The notes beneath the pieces are model-generated. The model worked only from the letters and a program-made list of their open reading frames with translations, was not told the DNA's origin and did no database searches. Both the position numbers and the translations under genes were made by a program. Shown here piece by piece: positions 58,243-64,000 of a stretch of 64,000 nucleotides of DNA. Positions within the stretch are counted from its first letter, which is position 1. Each line of letters starts with the position of its first letter. Origin of the DNA: an uncultured bacterium (lineage in GTDB: Bacteria; Acidobacteriota; HRBIN11; JAKEFK01); assembly GCA_963777505.1 (NCBI GenBank), contig CAVZQN010000010.1, forward strand, positions 1 to 64,000. Direction: 5' to 3'.

Positions 58243-61036
58243 ATGCCCTCATTTACCAACCCATGGTTGCTTTTACTTGCACCCCCTCTTGTTTTTTTGA
58301 CATGGAAGATTGGAAGGCAAAGTTTTGCTGAAGGCGGAATTGCTCGTCACCGATTTTGGTTCTTTCTTCGATCGCTAATTTTGCTCATTCTGGTTTCAGC
58401 GCTAGCTGGTCTTCATTGGAAAACTCCCGTACAAAGAAAGCAGGTGATGTTTGTTATGGATGTCTCTGCAAGCATCAGCGCCGCGCAAAGAGAACGAAGT
58501 CTGCAATGGATGAATCAGTCGCTGCGAAAACTGAAATTACCGGATCAAACAGGAATCGTTCTTTTTGGATCAGGAGCAGCAATTGAACGTTTCCCTGGAA
58601 CGCCAAGAATGATCGAGCGTCCCGAATCAAGCGTTGACGATTCTGCGACAAACCTTCAAGAAGCAATCCGTTTAGCGGAAGCAGCTTTTGCGCCAGGGTA
58701 TCAAAAAAACATCGTAATCCTGTCTGATGGAAACGAAAACACAGGCGATTCGTCTGAAGTAATTCGTACAGCACGGGAGCGGGGAACTATTTTTCAGGCG
58801 CTCTACTTGAAACCAGCAGATTTGCCTGAAGCTTCAGTTGAAAGTGTGAGGATTCCAGAACAAATCGGCTTGAAACAAAATTTCGATCTTGATGTTGTCC
58901 TTTCGAGCAATCGAGATACGCCTTCCATTGTTCAGGTCTACAGAAACGGCGCATTGATTCAAGAGGGTTCGTTGCAACTCACCAAAAATAAGAAAGAACT
59001 GATCCGGCTTCCTCAAAAACTTTCTGAATCTGGAATGTACCGATATGAAATCAAATTAAAACCGTCAGAAGACTATCAATCAGCAAACAACTCGCGAGAA
59101 GTTTGGGTTGCTGTTCAAGGTCCTCCAAAATTGCTTCTTGCAGATGCAAATCCTGAAGAACTGGAGCCGTTGTCATCGGCGCTAAGAAACCGAGGGTTTC
59201 AAACTCAATTAACCGGCATCTCAGGTTTTCCAATAACAATTCAGGACATGCTCCAATATCAGGCAATTTTCTTGCGGAATATCCCTGCGCCGAATCTTCA
59301 GCGTCAGATGCCTTTGCTTAAACAATATGTACATGACTTTGGCGGCGGCTTCATTATGTTAGGAGGGCGTGGAAGTTTTGGTCCTGGCGGTTACTACCAT
59401 ACGCCGGTTGAAGAAATTCTTCCTGTGCGAATGGACCTGCAAAACAAAAAATATCTCGCCGATGTTGCAATGGTAATCGTTATCGATAAATCAGGAAGTA
59501 TGACATTTGCGGAACGAGGCCGCCAGAAAATCGATTTAGCAGATGAAGGTGGAGCACGTGTAGTTTCGCTTTTGAAAGATACTGACCAGTTCGGAGCTAT
59601 TGCAGTGGATTCCGTTCCCAAGTGGGCTTTTGAATTGCAGAAATTAAACTAGCAAACAGCAAGCGATTGAAGCAGTGACTTCAATTCGCGCTGGCGGTGG
59701 CGGAATTTATGTTTATTCCGGACTTGTGGAAGCATACCAGGCGCTCAGGAAAGTTGATGCAACGGTTAAGCATGTAGTTCTATTTGCCGACACAGCCGAT
59801 TGTGAAGAAAAGGAAGGACCTGGAGGCGAATCTTCTCTTGCGCTCGCACAACGCTATTTACAGAATTTCAAAATCACAACGACAACGATTGGCATTGGAA
59901 ATAATGGAGATCCCGACGTTCCATTTTTAGATCAGCTTGCCGTGGCGGGCGATGGCCGATTTTACTTTACAAATGATATGTTTACGCTGCCGCAGATCTT
60001 TACACAGGAATCGGCTCTTGTTCAACGGTATTACATTAACGAAGAGCAATTTACTCCGGCATTTGGTGAGAGCGATCCCGTTCTTGCGGGAATTGATGCT
60101 GTTCCAGATTTGCTTGGATATGTTGCGACAACTGTAAAACCATCCGCGAACCTTGCACTCAGTTCTCCACGAGATGAACCTGTACTTGCATTTTGGCGGC
60201 ACGGATTAGGACAATCCGCAGCATTTACATCGGATCCTACTTCAGCCTGGGGACGATTATGGCTCCAATGGCCTGAATATGAACGCTTCTGGTCGCAGCT
60301 CGCACGATGGACTGCACGCGCGACAACGCCTCCAAACTTCGAAACAACCTTCTCTCCCACAAGTCATAGTACTACAATTGTAGTAGACGCTATTGATCCG
60401 GAAGGCCGTTTGATTTCAGATGCTTCCTTTCATGCCGTTCTAATTGATTCCGAAGGAAGACAGCAGACGCTTCAATTGTCCCAAACAAGTCCAGGACGTT
60501 ATGAAGTCAATGTTTCAACAAAAGGAAGCATGATCGGAAAAATATTTCGTGAAAAAGATGGCAGGATCATTGAAGAACAAGTTGTGCATTTTGCAGGGAC
60601 TCCCAACCTTGAAACTGCGTCAGATATGAGTGGATTGGCTCGCCTTAAACAAATAATTCCGGATACATATGATTCACCAGAACAGTTGCGGTTTCGCGAA
60701 CTGGCTTCCTTTGACATTCAACCTTTGAGAAACACTTTGTTGTGGATTGCTGCATTTTTGTTTCTCTTTGATGTTGCGGCTCGAAAACTTGATTTCCAGC
60801 GGCTTCGAACTTCACATGCAATTCCAAAGGTGCCGGCAAAAGAGACAACACCACTTACGCAACTAAAAACGATCAAAATTCCGAAAGCCGAACACACTGT
60901 ACCGATTGAAATCATTCCCGCTCTTGAGGAACCCGAGCCTCAGGTTGCTCCCACGCAACAAACCGCTGCGGCTAACTCGGATTATCTCGAGCGATTGAAA
61001 AAAGCGAAACGAAAATCATCGTCGGAGCGGCTCTAA
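58243..61036 (+). CDS. VWA + GATase1-like membrane protein (frameshift near 59646)
   Basis: BatA-like double TM, MIDAS motifs DVSAS and DKSGS, SDGNEN, GGRGSFGPGGY, W..GLG..AFTSD. Confidence 0.9.
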
Positions 61037-61090
61037 GAGCCGCCCGAATTGCTTATCGATAAGACGGGCTGGTCCAAGACCCGCCCCTAC
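61021..61090. repeat. Degenerate GTAG-family REP doublet overlapping the VWA stop codon
   Basis: gtcggagcggctctaagagccgccc .. gggctggtccaagacccgcccctac. Confidence 0.75.
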
Positions 61091-61137
61091 TCTCAAACTT
61101 TGCCGACACGGGACGAATGGGTTATTCTTATGGGCTT

Positions 61138-63013
61138 ATGAGAAATTTTCGCGAGGAACTTGCCTACGGAATTCTGCTCTGTGATGGAGCTATGGGCACC
61201 ATGCTTTATCAGCGCGGAATTTTTATCAATCGTTGTTTTGACGAACTCAATCTTTCCGCACCCGATCTTGTGAGTGAAGTTCATAAATCCTATGTAAAAG
61301 CTGGTGTCGACATCATCGAAACTAATACTTTCGGAGCCAATCACTTCAAGCTTCTTTTTCATGGTTTTGAAGGCAAATTGAAAGACATCAATTTACGTGG
61401 TGCGCAAATTGCGAAAGCTGTTGCGGGTAAAGAAACTTTTGTAGCAGGAGCGATCGGTCCTTTGGGTGTGCCAATCGAACCGATCGGAAAACTTGCATAT
61501 GAAGAGGCTAAAGATGCTTTTAAGATGCAAATTCTGCCCTTGCTTGAAGGTGGTGTTGACTTATTCATGCTTGAAACATTTTCCAGACTGGAAGAATTGG
61601 AGCAAGCAATTCTTGCAGTCCGGGAATTGTGTGATTTGCCGATTATCGCGCAGATGACGATTACGGATGATGGGAACACTCCGCTTGGTGATACACCCGA
61701 AACGATTGTGCAGAAACTTGCTCATTACAAAGTGGATGTACTGGGTTTGAATTGCAGCGTTGGCCCTCAAATTATGCTGGAAAGCATTAAAAGAATGGCC
61801 AGTTTTACTAAAATTCCGCTTGCCGCTCAGCCTAATGCAGGTTTTCCAAAACTTGTTGATGGCCGTTATATCTATTTATGCTCATCCGACTACATGTCGA
61901 AATTTTCGAAACGATTCATTCAATCGGGTGTTCGAATTCTTGGAGGTTGTTGCGGTACAACTCCTGAACATATAAAGGCCATCAAAACAGTTGTTCGTGC
62001 GGTTCAACCTGCACGATTGTTTGTTGCGGCTGATAAGCCGAAAGAGACTACGTGCTCCAGCGGTGACTCCTGTTCCAACATCTCAAAAAACGGCCCTCTC
62101 TCATAAACTTTCTGAAGGAAAATTTGCAATATCAGTAGAAATCGATCCACCGAAGGGCGTAGATCTTGCGAAAGTGATTGAAGGCGCAAAAATGCTTCAT
62201 CGCGCAGGTGTGGATGTGATCAATATTGCAGATGGTCCGAGAGCCAGTGCACGGATGAGCCCAATGGCACTTGCTTCAATTTTCAAAACTCAGCTGGGTG
62301 TTGAAACGATCATTCATTATTGCTGCCGCGATCGAAATCTGTTAGGAATGCAAGCCGATTTAATCGGAGCTCATGCTCTGGGCTTACGGAATGTTTTGAT
62401 GATTACGGGTGATCCTCCGAAGATGGGCGATTATCCAAGCGCAACTGCTGTTTTTGATGTGGATTCAATCGGGCTGACTCAAATCGCAAATCGGTTGAAT
62501 CAAGGTTTAGATCTCGCAGGAAATCCGATTGGCGCTCCTACCGCATTACATATTGGCGTTGGCGCCAATCCAGGTGCTCTCAATCTCGATGAAGAAATGA
62601 AACGCTTCTACTACAAGGTGGAGGCTGGAGCAGAATACTTAATGACGCAGCCGGTATACGATATTCAGCTTTTTGAAAATTTTATTAACCGAATTCATGA
62701 TGTGAAAATTCCGATTCTGGTTGGCATTTTTCCACTTGCGTCAGCGAAAAATGCTGAATTTCTGCATAACGAAGTTCCTGGAATGTCGGTGCCTGAAGAG
62801 ATCCGCAAACGGATGCATAATGCCGGAAATGGAGACGCAGGACGAGCTGAAGGGATCAGAATTGCACAGGAAGCTTTGCTTGCGATTTCACCCATGGTTC
62901 AAGGCGCTTATATCATGCCTCCATTCAATCGTTTTGATATGGCACTGGAAGTTTTGCAGGCGCTTCCTTCATTCACGCAAACCAGCCGCGCTGCTGCGAA
63001 CGAACCTCGTTGA
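61138..63013 (+). CDS. yitJ: Bifunctional homocysteine S-methyltransferase / 5,10-methylenetetrahydrofolate reductase (frameshift near 62050)
   Basis: DGAMGT, ETNTFGAN, GLNCS, GGCCGTTP; then VEIDPP, CRDRN, TGDP, TQPVYD. Confidence 0.92.
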
Positions 63014-64000
63014 AACAACTTTCTTCATTGTTCCGATCACAACACAATCCCGATTCATACACGCATTATGTTGCGCTCGGTGATAGCATGTCCATCGATG
63101 ACTATCCTGGTAAAGACAAAGGAGCTGTTTCACTACTTTACAGAAACCAGGACACTCTCTTTCCTGAGTTTCAAGGACGCGATCTAAAAACTCTCTACCC
63201 CGAAATACAATTTCAAAATCTTGCTCTCGATGGAGCCACAACAATACATGTCTTACACGAACAACTTGGAAGGATTAAAGCACCGCGAGATCAACGAACA
63301 CTTTTTACTTTAACAGCTGGCGGAAACGACATTCTCTTAGGACAAGATGCCAATGCGATCGTGAATCGTCTTGAAATAATTGTTAATAAAATAATCCGGG
63401 AATATCCTCATTGCGATTTGATTATTGGAACAATTTACGATCCTACTGATGGCGTGAAGGATTTATTTGAAGATGGAAGAGATATGACGCGCGAATATGA
63501 AATTTTAACAATCGTAAATGAAACAATCAGACAGTTCGGAAAACATTCCAATGTGAGCGTGATCGATATTTACTCACATTTTTTAGGACATGGTTCTCAT
63601 TGCAAGGATTCCAATAATCCTTATTACAAGCCGGAAGATCCATCGTTATGGTATGTTTTAACAATTGAGCCGAATATTCGTGGCGCGCATGAAATCCGGC
63701 GCCTGTTTTGGAAGGCTTTACATCCTGAATCTGCTTCCATGAAAGCTAAATCCACATTCAAAGAATTACGGGAAAGGCTCAGCTCATTCCAGATTACTCA
63801 GGCAGCCAATCGGACGTTTGATTTAAGCCTTACTGAAGAAGAGCTAGAAAAGGAGCTCATGAGCGATCATGGCTCTAACAGGTTGCTTGAGCGTTTTTCA
63901 GATAAGGAAGTTGTCTCGGCTTTAAAAGATTACAAAGTCTGGGATCTACTTGCGGAGAAGGGATACAAAAATCCGAGATTGTTAATTCGTAGTATTGATC
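63010..64000 (+). CDS. SGNH/GDSL-fold protein fused to an additional domain (3' end beyond the window)
   Basis: Read manually from TTG 63010: YVALGDS, LALDGAT, TAGGND, TIYDP, TIEPN; the frame stays open to the window end. Confidence 0.85.
   Translation, partial: MKQLSSLFRSQHNPDSYTHYVALGDSMSIDDYPGKDKGAVSLLYRNQDTLFPEFQGRDLKTLYPEIQFQNLALDGATTIHVLHEQLGRIKAPRDQRTLFTLTAGGNDILLGQDANAIVNRLEIIVNKIIREYPHCDLIIGTIYDPTDGVKDLFEDGRDMTREYEILTIVNETIRQFGKHSNVSVIDIYSHFLGHGSHCKDSNNPYYKPEDPSLWYVLTIEPNIRGAHEIRRLFWKALHPESASMKAKSTFKELRERLSSFQITQAANRTFDLSLTEEELEKELMSDHGSNRLLERFSDKEVVSALKDYKVWDLLAEKGYKNPRLLIRSID

Noticed and set aside
59640-59680. Programmed frameshift or stop readthrough in the VWA gene
   Set aside because: A single extra base explains the break, there is no slippery heptamer, and similar indels occur throughout the window.
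61037-61137. SAM riboswitch upstream of yitJ
   Set aside because: The gap is filled by a REP and a TTGCCG-17-TATTCT promoter-like site; no SAM aptamer motifs are visible.

Overview
Composite window. Bases 1 to ~2632 look eukaryotic, probably basidiomycete fungal. They comprise a ~2.0-kb GC-rich segment bounded by ~165-bp inverted repeats, then an intron-containing gene fragment joined abruptly to a 5'-truncated bacterial gene; this is most likely a chimeric read or contig end. The remaining ~61 kb is gene-dense chromosome of a moderately AT-rich diderm bacterium (gene content suggests Acidobacteriota; this is inference). It carries hemW, ku, trxB, a fused EtfB-EtfA, mazG, an RsbV/RsbW/RsbU-like partner-switching module, an ECF sigma/anti-sigma pair, ribF, RNase P RNA, an NtrC/NtrX-type regulator, HtrA, an ABC/MoxR/DUF58/VWA operon and a YitJ-like methyltransferase/MTHFR. 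No CRISPR array, tRNA, rRNA, transposase, integrase or recognisable defence system was seen. The most notable observations are: (1) three clear plus one degenerate DUF4388-type proteins with different C-terminal modules (GspG-like, SPOR, J-domain+TPR, HPD-less J-like+TPR) beside TPR and zinc-finger membrane proteins; (2) a REP doublet translated in frame inside a lipoprotein signal peptide; (3) a cargo gene between ~120-bp direct repeats of a heptamer-repeat element; (4) an apparently circularly permuted CBM nested in an Ig-like domain; (5) an SGNH hydrolase with Glu in place of the catalytic His; (6) recurrent leaderless-type promoters. Many single-base frameshifts suggest an error-prone long-read assembly. 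All domain calls are by-eye motif recognition, with no database searches.
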